Positions 56,087-63,659 of a stretch of DNA of 64,000 nt are shown piece after piece. Numbering within the stretch: position 1 is the stretch's first letter; each line of letters opens with the position of its first letter. This stretch comes from Candidatus Woesebacteria bacterium GW2011_GWB1_38_8b (GTDB lineage Bacteria; Patescibacteriota; Microgenomatia; UBA8517). Both the position numbers and the translations under genes were made by a program. Location: positions 1,099 through 65,098 of the forward strand of contig LBVN01000008.1 in assembly GCA_000993115.1 (NCBI GenBank). Direction: 5' to 3'. The notes below the pieces were generated by a model. That model saw only the letters and a program-made list of their open reading frames with translations, did no database searches and was not told the origin of the DNA.

Positions 56087-56278
56087 AAACGAGGACTGAT
56101 GTGCTGAGCGGGACGGTCAAGAACCCTTTCATCCTAACTGATTGTCTCACATCAAGGCTAAATGATACAAATGAGACAGCATAAGCATAGCTTGCAAACC
56201 TCGTTTATAAAAAGGAATCGTCTTAACCCTCAAACTTGATGTAGCGGGATATATCTAAGTAGACTTTAAGATGACTGC

Positions 56279-57283
56279 TCATAATTCAGGCAGTAGCTCC
56301 TTAATCACTTCATTAAATATCTCTTTCTGACGAGGAAAATTGAGATGGTCTTTTAACTTATCTTTTCTTACCCATTTAATATGCCGTATCTCTTCGGGAT
56401 CAGGTTTAATTTCATCTTTGTCTCCTGTAAATTCAACTAAAAAAATATTCTGCCTTTGCCCTCTAAAGGTTTTGCCATTTCTTTTTTTAATATCCTTAAC
56501 AATAATGAAATCGGGCCAATCATATTCTTTTTGTTTTTTACTTTTTGCCAGGATTTTAAATTTTTCACTTCCTAGCTCCTCAGATAACTCTCTTAATAAT
56601 GCTTTTTCTGGAGTCTCTCCCTCTTCAATCCCGCCACCGGGAAAATTCCAGTCATTCCCACCATAATCATGAAGTTGGACAAGGAGAAAATTTTTGTCTT
56701 TATCTATTATAATTCCAAGAGACTTATCTCTATAACCTAAGCTATCAGACTTTAGTAAATGACTAACTGTTGCATGTAGCTCTAGAAATTGGAGTAAGAC
56801 ATTTCTTGTTGCCTCAACTATTAATGGTTTTCTGCCACGAATCAGTTCTCTTGTATAATTTATAACTGGCTCATCAACTTCTTCTTTATACTTAAGCACG
56901 TATTTTCCAAGATACTTATTTTCCCTCAATATTTGCTGATGAAAATCTGGAAGCAAAAATTTAGTAGAGAAACAACTAGCTACAGCCTCACCTTTGCCAA
57001 AAATTGAAGTACAACAAAACATCTCGAAGTCTTCATCTTTATTTTTGTGGTAGCCGATCTCTATTCCAATCCCAAAATCAACATCAGTATTTTCAAAAGC
57101 AGCTCTTGCTCGATTCATTGATCCAGTTTGTGTTTCTTCTTCGGTAATTGGTTGATCAGAAACTCCACTTTTAACGCCACTTGGAATAATTTCAGCTTCG
57201 ATTCCAATCTCATCTAAAGCTTCTTTTAGATATCCAATCTTTTGTTCAGAACTGGTTCCAACTGCAATTTTTAGCGACTTCAT
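56279..57283 (-). CDS. fusion of YjjX-type (DUF84) non-canonical purine NTP phosphatase and a Nudix hydrolase
   Basis: The N-terminus aligns by eye with E. coli YjjX (SGVSDQPITEEETQTGSMNRA, DFGIGIEIG). The C-terminus has the Nudix box GGGIEEGETPEKALLRELSEELG. Confidence 0.75.
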   Translation of the reverse strand: MKSLKIAVGTSSEQKIGYLKEALDEIGIEAEIIPSGVKSGVSDQPITEEETQTGSMNRARAAFENTDVDFGIGIEIGYHKNKDEDFEMFCCTSIFGKGEAVASCFSTKFLLPDFHQQILRENKYLGKYVLKYKEEVDEPVINYTRELIRGRKPLIVEATRNVLLQFLELHATVSHLLKSDSLGYRDKSLGIIIDKDKNFLLVQLHDYGGNDWNFPGGGIEEGETPEKALLRELSEELGSEKFKILAKSKKQKEYDWPDFIIVKDIKKRNGKTFRGQRQNIFLVEFTGDKDEIKPDPEEIRHIKWVRKDKLKDHLNFPRQKEIFNEVIKELLPEL

Positions 57284-57450
57284 TCCAACATTATAGCCTC
57301 AATACGGGTATAATCAAAGCGTGACAACAAAAGCCAAAGATTTTCTAAACAAAAAGGTTGAGAACCTAAAAAGTTTTTTGTTTTATCATTTCCCCCTCTA
57401 TTTTTGGCTCATCTTCAAAAACATCGGAAATATAAAATAGTTTTTTGCTT

Positions 57451-57837
57451 TTAAGAAACAAAGTGTAGTGCAAACGTATGACCTTGATAAGCTACTGGGA
57501 CAAGAATAACAGTTGTATCAACATCGCCACCTGATTTTTTCTTCCAGGTTACTTCGATTGTTGAGCCTACACCTTTCTCAATAGCCCTTTGATATGCGTT
57601 CACTAATGTTTGTTGACTTTTATTAGCCAAAAAGACACTCGGAAATGCTCCCTTTACGTTAACTTTGAACCATTCCTCAGGGGAATCGTAACCAAGCATT
57701 TTTGCAAATTTACTATTACAGACTCTGCAATCATCATCAAGAAATGCGTATATCCCTTGATCTGACAAATCAAAAATTTCTTTCTGTTCCTTTAAGAAAC
57801 CACTTACTAATTCTGCACGATGTTCATGTTTATCCAT
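57451..57837 (-). CDS. stand-alone PAS-like domain protein
   Basis: 128 aa with the PAS pattern (GIYAFLDDD...CNSKFAKMLGY...W...G...E..WKKKSG..V.). GGGGGTGA RBS. Confidence 0.55.
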   Translation of the reverse strand: MDKHEHRAELVSGFLKEQKEIFDLSDQGIYAFLDDDCRVCNSKFAKMLGYDSPEEWFKVNVKGAFPSVFLANKSQQTLVNAYQRAIEKGVGSTIEVTWKKKSGGDVDTTVILVPVAYQGHTFALHFVS

Positions 57838-57910
57838 AAATTTTCACCCCCTTTTTTTCATCCTAGTCATTTAACTCTTATGTTGCAAGTACGCACAAAA
57901 ATGTTTTATA

Positions 57911-57940
57911 GTATCATGTTGTATACTGTTGTATCTTGAT
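57911..57940 (+). repeat. three tandem imperfect 10-mers GTATCATGTT GTATACTGTT GTATCTTGAT abutting the hxlR-like start codon
   Basis: Read directly from the sequence. The 10-bp phasing equals one helical turn. Confidence 0.7.
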
Positions 57941-58277
57941 GACAAACTTTACCGTCAGAAATAAAAGCTATAACTGCTATATTGCTTTTACACTGGGTTT
58001 TATTGGAGGTAAATGGAAAACGCTTATACTTTGGAATTTAATAGACAGCAAAAAACGTTTTGGAGAACTGCGAAAAATTATACCCGATTGTTCTCAGAGA
58101 ATGCTAACCCGCCAGCTAAGAGAACTTGAACAGGACGGTATTGTTGCTAGAAAAATTTATAAACAGATTCCCCCTAAAGTTGAGTATTCTTTAACGCCCG
58201 AGGGGAAAACCTTAACGCCAATTTTAAGGCTTGCCTGCAACTGGGGTACAAAACGTGCCAATGTAATGACCAAATAA
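57939..58277 (+). CDS. HxlR family transcriptional regulator
   Basis: GGKWKTLILWNL, KRFGELRKIIPDCSQRMLTRQLRELEQDGIV and VEYSLTPEG. ATG at 57939, with a TTG one codon upstream. Confidence 0.85.
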   Translation: MTNFTVRNKSYNCYIAFTLGFIGGKWKTLILWNLIDSKKRFGELRKIIPDCSQRMLTRQLRELEQDGIVARKIYKQIPPKVEYSLTPEGKTLTPILRLACNWGTKRANVMTK

Positions 58278-58286
58278 AAATCTAAG

Positions 58287-58386
58287 TTCCGCTTGATGGA
58301 TTAGAACCCCAAATAACAGATCCAGATTCTGTCGTCCTACTCGCCTAGACTCGCTAGGCGAGGATGGCCGTTAGACGATCCCTTAA
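58287..58386 (-). pseudogene. degenerate tRNA-like element (Glu/Gln-type D-arm, anticodon loop AU-CUG-GA) with hairpin insertion and broken T/acceptor stems
   Basis: The minus strand reads TCGTCTAACGGCC[27-nt hairpin CTCGCCTAG-CGAGT-CTAGGCGAG]TAGGACG ACAGA ATCTGGA TCTGT TATTT GGGGTTCTAATCCAT. The D-arm, anticodon arm and T-loop resemble tRNA-Glu/Gln, but the 3' T-stem and 3' acceptor strand do not pair. Confidence 0.25.
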
Positions 58387-58428
58387 TGTTGATTCTCAGA
58401 TTCAACAACACTGGTCGTTTATTTATAC

Positions 58429-58665
58429 TCAAAAGGTAGTGTCTTGCATAGTTTGCGTTTCCTGTGCTTCAGAATATCCGGTAATTGGAACCCTGTTTTC
58501 TGGAGGAAATTCATTAGTATCTACCTTTACTCCTTTTTGACCATAGGTTGGAATAATTAATACATGTCTTCTTTTGGGTAAATTACCGTTTCTGCTTATA
58601 GTGTCCCCCGGATTATATACTGCATCTAATAATTTTCTTTCTGCCAATCGATCTGTTTTTGTCAT
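58429..58665 (-). CDS. hypothetical protein
   Basis: 78 aa starting MTKTDRLAERK, with a GGAGGTGA RBS 8 nt upstream. The upstream gene's stop lies inside that RBS. Confidence 0.45.
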   Translation of the reverse strand: MTKTDRLAERKLLDAVYNPGDTISRNGNLPKRRHVLIIPTYGQKGVKVDTNEFPPENRVPITGYSEAQETQTMQDTTF

Positions 58666-58672
58666 TATTTTA

Positions 58673-59014
58673 TCACCTCCTTCCATTTCCATTTGCAACC
58701 TGTTCTTGTAGAATTCTAATTCGAGCAACTTGGACTAACACTCTTGGAATTCTTGAAGGTGCCAAATATCCCGGAGGAAATACTTCATCGTAATCAACAC
58801 CAAACGATTTATACCAAGCTTTAGTATCTTTAAGCGAACTTTTTCTAGGTCTGCAGCGAGGAGAGCAATAACCCGTTGCTTTTCCGCCAACTTCTCTGAC
58901 GCTAACATACGGAGAACTACCACTTTTTTGACCACCATGTTGAACAACATATAACCACTTACATTTTGGACATACTCTAATTGTCTCCTCATGACCGCCT
59001 TTGTTTGTTTCCAT
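58673..59014 (-). CDS. hypothetical Cys-rich (CPKC...CSPRC) zinc-ribbon-like protein
   Basis: 113 aa from METNKGG. I prefer this frame over the overlapping 94-aa frame because its TGA is embedded in the downstream SD. No RBS of its own. Confidence 0.4.
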   Translation of the reverse strand: METNKGGHEETIRVCPKCKWLYVVQHGGQKSGSSPYVSVREVGGKATGYCSPRCRPRKSSLKDTKAWYKSFGVDYDEVFPPGYLAPSRIPRVLVQVARIRILQEQVANGNGRR

Positions 59015-59164
59015 AACAAAAAAACCGCCTGAAGCGGGAACGTAACAATTACACAAAAACCAAAAACTGATTTTGTAATTCTGCCATTTTATTATTCAAA
59101 TTTGCCCGCGGCTAACAGGCTATTATTTTGATAATTCCAATTTAACTTATTCGCACTTTATCGG

Positions 59165-59695
59165 TCAAGAAGTAAAAACAGGAAGTTCACCAAGAAAGAT
59201 GATACCTTTCTGTTTGGGATGAAGCCTATTGCCCTGTCTGAAAAGTGCCACTTTTGCAACAATTTCTGCTCCGGCTAGTTTTGCAAGAAATTCCACTTCA
59301 TATATAGTTGCACCCGTACTTACGACATCGTCAACAATGACCACTTTTTTACCTTTGATAAGTTCTGCGTCAGTACCGTTTAGTACAAGCCCTCCTTTTT
59401 GCCTGCTTTTAATCGGAGATACCATGTAACCGTGAATTTCTTTACGACATATTACATACTTGTCCTGTTTTAGAAGTTTGGAAAGTTCATGAAGAAGCGG
59501 AACGACTTTTACCTCCGGACCGACCAAATAATCGAAGTCGTAATCTTTTAACTTTTCTGCCATTTTTTTTGCGAATACGTCTACAAGTTTACTGTCTCCA
59601 AGTAGATTAAATGAGGCAACCTTTACTTTTGGGGCAATTGCAATTATAGGGAGTTTTCGTTCAATGTCAGCTACCTTTAGAGTGTAATATTTCAC
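59165..59695 (-). CDS. phosphoribosyltransferase (type I PRTase, purine/adenine PRT-like)
   Basis: PRPP-binding loop VVIVDDVVSTGATI. The start is uncertain (GTG at 59695 proposed), and the ORF-track N-terminal 26 aa look non-native. Confidence 0.7.
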   Translation of the reverse strand: MKYYTLKVADIERKLPIIAIAPKVKVASFNLLGDSKLVDVFAKKMAEKLKDYDFDYLVGPEVKVVPLLHELSKLLKQDKYVICRKEIHGYMVSPIKSRQKGGLVLNGTDAELIKGKKVVIVDDVVSTGATIYEVEFLAKLAGAEIVAKVALFRQGNRLHPKQKGIIFLGELPVFTS

Positions 59696-59853
59696 TTTTA
59701 ACAAGCATATAAGAAGGAATTCAAAGAAGCAACTTTTTGCTGAGCAGGTCGGTCTAGACCCATTCGAGCCCATAGCTGATTACTCCAAGTGTATCACACT
59801 TGAGGCTAAATGAGACATTTGGGACAGTATAAAAAAGGTTAATAAATAGTCTG

Positions 59854-59882
59854 TTGACATATCTTGACCACATACTTATACT
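59854..59882 (+). promoter_or_regulatory. sigma70-like promoter TTGACA-17 nt-TATACT
   Basis: TTGACA at 59854-59859 and TATACT at 59877-59882, about 40 nt upstream of the DUF5320 gene. Confidence 0.5.
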
Positions 59883-59895
59883 GAATAAGTATTCA
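59882..59895 (+). promoter_or_regulatory. 14-bp palindrome TGAATAAGTATTCA overlapping the -10/+1 region: candidate Fur/Zur-family operator
   Basis: Perfect 6-2-6 inverted repeat read directly from the sequence. A Fur-family regulator gene lies in the same cluster. Confidence 0.4.
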
Positions 59896-59921
59896 TAATA
59901 AAGAGAGGAGGTGATAATATT

Positions 59922-60164
59922 ATGCCACATTTTGATGCAACTGGACCTCATGGAATGGGTCCGGGAACAGGAAGAGGATTCGGACCATGCTTCGGTTTTG
60001 GACCTGGTCATCTACACCACCATAATAGGGGTTTAGGTAGATATTTCCGTTGGGGTTGGCCAGAAGATAAAGAGGGTCAGAAAAAAGTTCTCGCTGATTA
60101 TAAAAAGGCTTTGGAGGAGGAGCTTGTTGAAGTAAAACAACAAGAGGAAGAGCTAAATAAATAG
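59922..60164 (+). CDS. DUF5320 family protein
   Basis: The N-terminus MPHFDATGPHGMGPGTGRGFGPCFG matches the DUF5320 signature as I recall it. There is a HLHHH run and a C-terminal coiled coil. AGGAGGTGA RBS. Confidence 0.75.
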   Translation: MPHFDATGPHGMGPGTGRGFGPCFGFGPGHLHHHNRGLGRYFRWGWPEDKEGQKKVLADYKKALEEELVEVKQQEEELNK

Positions 60165-60181
60165 AAATAACCATAAATTCT

Positions 60182-60460
60182 ATGCCAAGACCTAAGATAC
60201 AGCGCTGTATACGGTTCAAACCGGGTGTTTTCTATTTTAAACCACAGGGTATTCCACTACGTTTTCTTGAAGAAATTGTACTCGAACACGATGAGTTGGA
60301 AGCGTTGAAATTATATGAAGTTGATGAATTTAATCAGATTAATGCCTCAAAAAAAATGAAGGTCTCACAACCCACGTTTGCTCGAATTTTAGACAGTGCT
60401 CATAAAAAGATTGCAAATGCTATCATTTCAGGTAAAGCTATAAGGATACAAACTTCTTGA
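60182..60460 (+). CDS. DUF134 (UPF0251) putative DNA-binding protein
   Basis: MPRPKIQRCIRFKPGVFYFKPQGIP...DELEALKLYEVDEFNQINASKKMKVSQPTFARIL, the typical DUF134 layout with a sigma-70-region-4-like HTH. Confidence 0.8.
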   Translation: MPRPKIQRCIRFKPGVFYFKPQGIPLRFLEEIVLEHDELEALKLYEVDEFNQINASKKMKVSQPTFARILDSAHKKIANAIISGKAIRIQTS

Positions 60461-60546
60461 CAAAAGCAACCTCACTGCATTAATCTAAGTATATTATTTA
60501 TAATTGAAGTTATTAATTCGCAAATGTCTTGCATATTGTATAAGCT

Positions 60547-60972
60547 ATGAATTCAGATCTTACGCTGTCAAGTCTCCGAGATAAGGGCCACAAAATTACA
60601 AATGTTAGAAAAGAGGTTGTTGGCATGTTTTCTCAAGCGGACAAACCTCTCACCGCTCAGGAATTACATAAGGCATTGAAAACGATTGGTTTATCTGTAA
60701 ATAAAACAACCGTTTATCGTGAATTACAGTTTTTAACCGACCAAGGTTATTTGGTTGAAGTCCATTTAAATCCAAAAGAGACTTCTTATGAATCCACAGA
60801 TTTGATGCACCACCATCACCTTATCTGTGAAACTTGCGGGAAAATCGATAATGTCACTAATTGTCTGGCGAAAGAATTGGAAGAGGATGTTTTAAAGAAA
60901 AAAGGTTTTGAGATAGCTAGACGTTCTCTTGAGTTCTACGGAACTTGTGCTGATTGTTCAAAAAAATCATAA
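60547..60972 (+). CDS. Fur family metalloregulator (Zur/PerR-like)
   Basis: wHTH (NKTTVYRELQFLTDQGYL), the HHHHLICETCGKI metal site and a C-terminal CADC. Confidence 0.85.
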   Translation: MNSDLTLSSLRDKGHKITNVRKEVVGMFSQADKPLTAQELHKALKTIGLSVNKTTVYRELQFLTDQGYLVEVHLNPKETSYESTDLMHHHHLICETCGKIDNVTNCLAKELEEDVLKKKGFEIARRSLEFYGTCADCSKKS

Positions 60973-60974
60973 CT

Positions 60975-61676
60975 ATGGAAAATAACCACTTAGCTTTGCG
61001 TGTTAAAAATTTGACAGTTGAACTAAACAATCAAAAAATAATTGAGGATCTGAGTTTTGAGGTTAAAAAGGGAGAAACCTTAGTTGTTCTGGGACCCAAT
61101 GGAGCAGGTAAAACAACCTTGCTTAGAGCTTTGCTTGGAATAATTCCGTACAAAGGAGAGGTTATCTGGTCTGTAAAAAATACAAGTTACCTGCCTCCAA
61201 ACGAATTAATGCAACGGAAAGAGATTCTACCTTTAACAGTTGAGGATTTTTATAGTCTCAAAGAGATTGGCAAAGAAAAAATATTTCAAAGTTTAAAATC
61301 TGTAGGATTGGAGGAAAGTCTTTTTAAAAAAAGAATTGCGAATCTTTCGACTGGCCAGTTTCAAAGATTAGGAATCGCTTGGTCATTGGTTGATAACCCG
61401 GATACACTTCTTTTTGATGAGCCAACTTCAGGAATTGATATTGGTGGAACAGAAACAATATATTCCCTTCTTCACGAGTTTTGGGAGAAGCAAAAACTAA
61501 CCATTATTTTAGTAACACACGATTTGAGTGTCGTTTGGGAACATGCAGACAATGTTATTTGTTTAAATAAGACCGGCCTTTGTTATGGCACTCCTTCAGT
61601 CGCTCTTACCACCGAAAACTTGAAGCAACTTTATGGCGTCGGGGTCAAATATTATAAACACAAAAGAGATGGTTGA
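60975..61676 (+). CDS. metal ABC transporter ATP-binding protein (ZnuC-like)
   Basis: ATG at 60975. GPNGAGKTT, variant signature LSTGQFQRL, and LLFDEPTSGID. Confidence 0.85.
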   Translation: MENNHLALRVKNLTVELNNQKIIEDLSFEVKKGETLVVLGPNGAGKTTLLRALLGIIPYKGEVIWSVKNTSYLPPNELMQRKEILPLTVEDFYSLKEIGKEKIFQSLKSVGLEESLFKKRIANLSTGQFQRLGIAWSLVDNPDTLLFDEPTSGIDIGGTETIYSLLHEFWEKQKLTIILVTHDLSVVWEHADNVICLNKTGLCYGTPSVALTTENLKQLYGVGVKYYKHKRDG

Positions 61677-62439
61677 CGAAAAAATATTACTTGCAATTTT
61701 AATGACCACTTCGATAGGGGCCGTTGCCGGTTATTTGGGTACTCTTATGCTCTCCAAAAGGATGTCTTTAGTAGGAGGACCTTTGGGACATTTGACCTTA
61801 CCGGGTATAACTATTGCTTTACTTTACGGGTTTGATGTTTCAATAGGAGCCTTTATTATGCTCACTTTAGCAATAATTCTTATTTGGTTATTTGAGAAAA
61901 GAACAAAGCTTCCCTTGGAGACTTTAACTGCGATTGTTTTTACTTCATCAGTTGCTGTTGCCTTTCTTTATTTACCGGATGAAGAGGTAGAGCAGGCTCT
62001 TATTGGGGACATATCTCAATTAACTTTAATTACAACAACCTTAAGCGTTCTTCTTTCGATTGCAGTGTTTTTTCTTGTTAAAAAAATTTACAAAAAGATG
62101 GTATTTATTACATTTTCGGAGGACATAGCTAAATCAGAGAAAATTAATATTGACAAATATAATCTGATCTATTTAATTGCCGTGGCGTTGGTAATCGGTT
62201 TGGGAATAAGAATAGTAGGTAGTTTACTAACTGCTGCAATTGTTGCGATTCCGGCAGCAACAAGCAGGAACCTGAGTATTAATTTAAAACAATATGCTTA
62301 TGGTGGAGCGATAGCAGGAGGTCTGGCAGGGCTTCTAGGAATAGTCATTTTTCAGCACTTTTCAATCTCGGCAGGTCCGGCAGTAATTATTTCAAGTACG
62401 GGACTATTTCTTTTTTCGACTGTGTTTAAGAGGACTTAG
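61669..62439 (+). CDS. metal ABC transporter permease (ABC-3 family, ZnuB-like)
   Basis: ATG at 61669, overlapping the ATPase stop by 8 nt. About 8 TM segments. Paralog of 42831-43598. Confidence 0.85.
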   Translation: MVDEKILLAILMTTSIGAVAGYLGTLMLSKRMSLVGGPLGHLTLPGITIALLYGFDVSIGAFIMLTLAIILIWLFEKRTKLPLETLTAIVFTSSVAVAFLYLPDEEVEQALIGDISQLTLITTTLSVLLSIAVFFLVKKIYKKMVFITFSEDIAKSEKINIDKYNLIYLIAVALVIGLGIRIVGSLLTAAIVAIPAATSRNLSINLKQYAYGGAIAGGLAGLLGIVIFQHFSISAGPAVIISSTGLFLFSTVFKRT

Positions 62440-62446
62440 TACATAT

Positions 62447-63622
62447 ATGCTGATAAAAAAGGCAATTATATTTTTAATTTTTCTATTTTCTTTCCTAATC
62501 TATACGACGCCATTTGCTATAAAGGCACAGGAAATTGAACCGGAACAAACTGAAGAAAGTTTGGAAGCAAAAATCATTCAGGTTATGGATGAAAAGATGC
62601 AAATTCCCGAATATGGTGAGAAAGAACAACTATACCAAAAACTAAAACTACTGGTTACAAAAGGATCACTACAGGATAAGGAAATTGTTATAGAAAGCGG
62701 GAATATTCCATCCGCGAACCTACCAAAATATAAAACAGGCGATAAAGTGATTGTTAACTATACGAAGGATTTCGAAGGAAATGATTCTTTTTATATTACT
62801 GACTTTATAAGGCGAAGCTCGCTTCTTTGGCTGTTTATTATCTTTGCTGTTCTTACAACTATTATTGGAAAATTACGTGGTGCTACTTCACTTTTGGGAA
62901 TGGCAATATCTTTCGCAATTATATTTGTTTTTATTCTACCCAAAATTCTTAGCGGATCAGATCCGATATTAATTGCAATAATCGGATCAATATTTATTAT
63001 TCCTGTAACTTTTTATTTATCACACGGATTTAATAAAAAAACTTCAGTTGCTATTGTTAGCACACTAATTGCCTTAATAATAACGGGCATTTTAGCCGGC
63101 GTTTTTGTTGAAGTCTCTAAGCTTACTGGGTTTGCATCTGAAGAGGCGGGATTTTTGCAAGTCGCAAAGGGTAATCTAGTAAATATTAGAGGACTTCTTT
63201 TAGCGGGAATTATTATCGGGGTTTTAGGGGTACTGGATGATATAACTGTGTCACAATCGGCGATTGTTTTTCAGCTTAAAGAAGCTAACCCTAGAATTAG
63301 ATTTGATGAATTGTATATGCGTGCGATGGATGTTGGGCAAGACCATATTTCCTCAATGGTCAATACCCTTATTCTTGTTTACACAGGAGCTGCTCTGCCT
63401 CTACTTTTACTATTTATAGACAACCCTCATCCATTTTCCGAAGTAATAAATTACGAAATTATTGCCGATGAAGTAGTGAGAACTCTTGTGGGCAGTATTG
63501 GACTTATTTTAGCCGTTCCGATAACAACATTATTGGCCTCAATGGTGGTTAAGGAAGAACCACAGACTAAAGTCCGTGGTATCTTCTCGCCAAGTAAGGA
63601 TTCTGGCTCATCCACGCACTGA
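62447..63622 (+). CDS. YibE/F family membrane protein
   Basis: Signal/anchor plus a ~110-aa external domain, then 7-8 TM segments. The conserved block is GVLGVLDDITVSQSAIVFQLKEANP...RAMDVGQDHISSMVNTLILVYTGAALPLLLL. Confidence 0.7.
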   Translation: MLIKKAIIFLIFLFSFLIYTTPFAIKAQEIEPEQTEESLEAKIIQVMDEKMQIPEYGEKEQLYQKLKLLVTKGSLQDKEIVIESGNIPSANLPKYKTGDKVIVNYTKDFEGNDSFYITDFIRRSSLLWLFIIFAVLTTIIGKLRGATSLLGMAISFAIIFVFILPKILSGSDPILIAIIGSIFIIPVTFYLSHGFNKKTSVAIVSTLIALIITGILAGVFVEVSKLTGFASEEAGFLQVAKGNLVNIRGLLLAGIIIGVLGVLDDITVSQSAIVFQLKEANPRIRFDELYMRAMDVGQDHISSMVNTLILVYTGAALPLLLLFIDNPHPFSEVINYEIIADEVVRTLVGSIGLILAVPITTLLASMVVKEEPQTKVRGIFSPSKDSGSSTH

Positions 63623-63631
63623 AGTGCGTGG
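63612..63631 (+). other. 8-bp perfect hairpin CCACGCAC-TGAA-GTGCGTGG with the YibE/F stop codon in its loop
   Basis: Read directly from the sequence. No T-run follows. Confidence 0.3.
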
Positions 63632-63659
63632 ATTTCGCAAGAGGTATGCAAAAAAAAAT

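Noticed and set aside
56087-56212. SRP (4.5S) RNA or 6S RNA in the convergent spacer
   Set aside because: Neither strand has the conserved helix-8 motifs (GGAA/AGCA loops, GNRA tetraloop context). At ~125 nt with this helix pattern it is too short for 6S RNA.
58287-58386. A functional canonical tRNA gene
   Set aside because: The D-arm, anticodon arm and T-loop are recognisable. However, the 3' T-stem (CCAT versus GGGG) and the whole 3' acceptor strand fail to pair on either strand, and the D-loop carries a 27-nt insertion. It is kept only as a low-confidence pseudogene or tRNA-like element.
58735-59019. 94-aa minus-strand ORF as the real gene in the 58.7-59.0 kb segment
   Set aside because: The competing frame (58673-59014) ends with its TGA inside the GGAGGTGA RBS of the downstream gene, which is typical coupling, and has a CxxC...CxxxC pattern. 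Confidence stays low and the dual openness is reported as a finding.
58429-59164. A compositionally distinct (higher-GC) horizontally acquired islet
   Set aside because: Hand counts on three 60-nt lines gave roughly 33-48% GC, which I could not distinguish from neighbouring genes by eye. The claim was dropped, and a proper sliding-window GC/k-mer analysis would be needed.
59754-60219. Minus-strand ORFs of 85 and 99 aa
   Set aside because: They overlap the promoter/operator and the DUF5320 gene, which has a strong RBS and a family-typical N-terminus. The translations are not protein-like.
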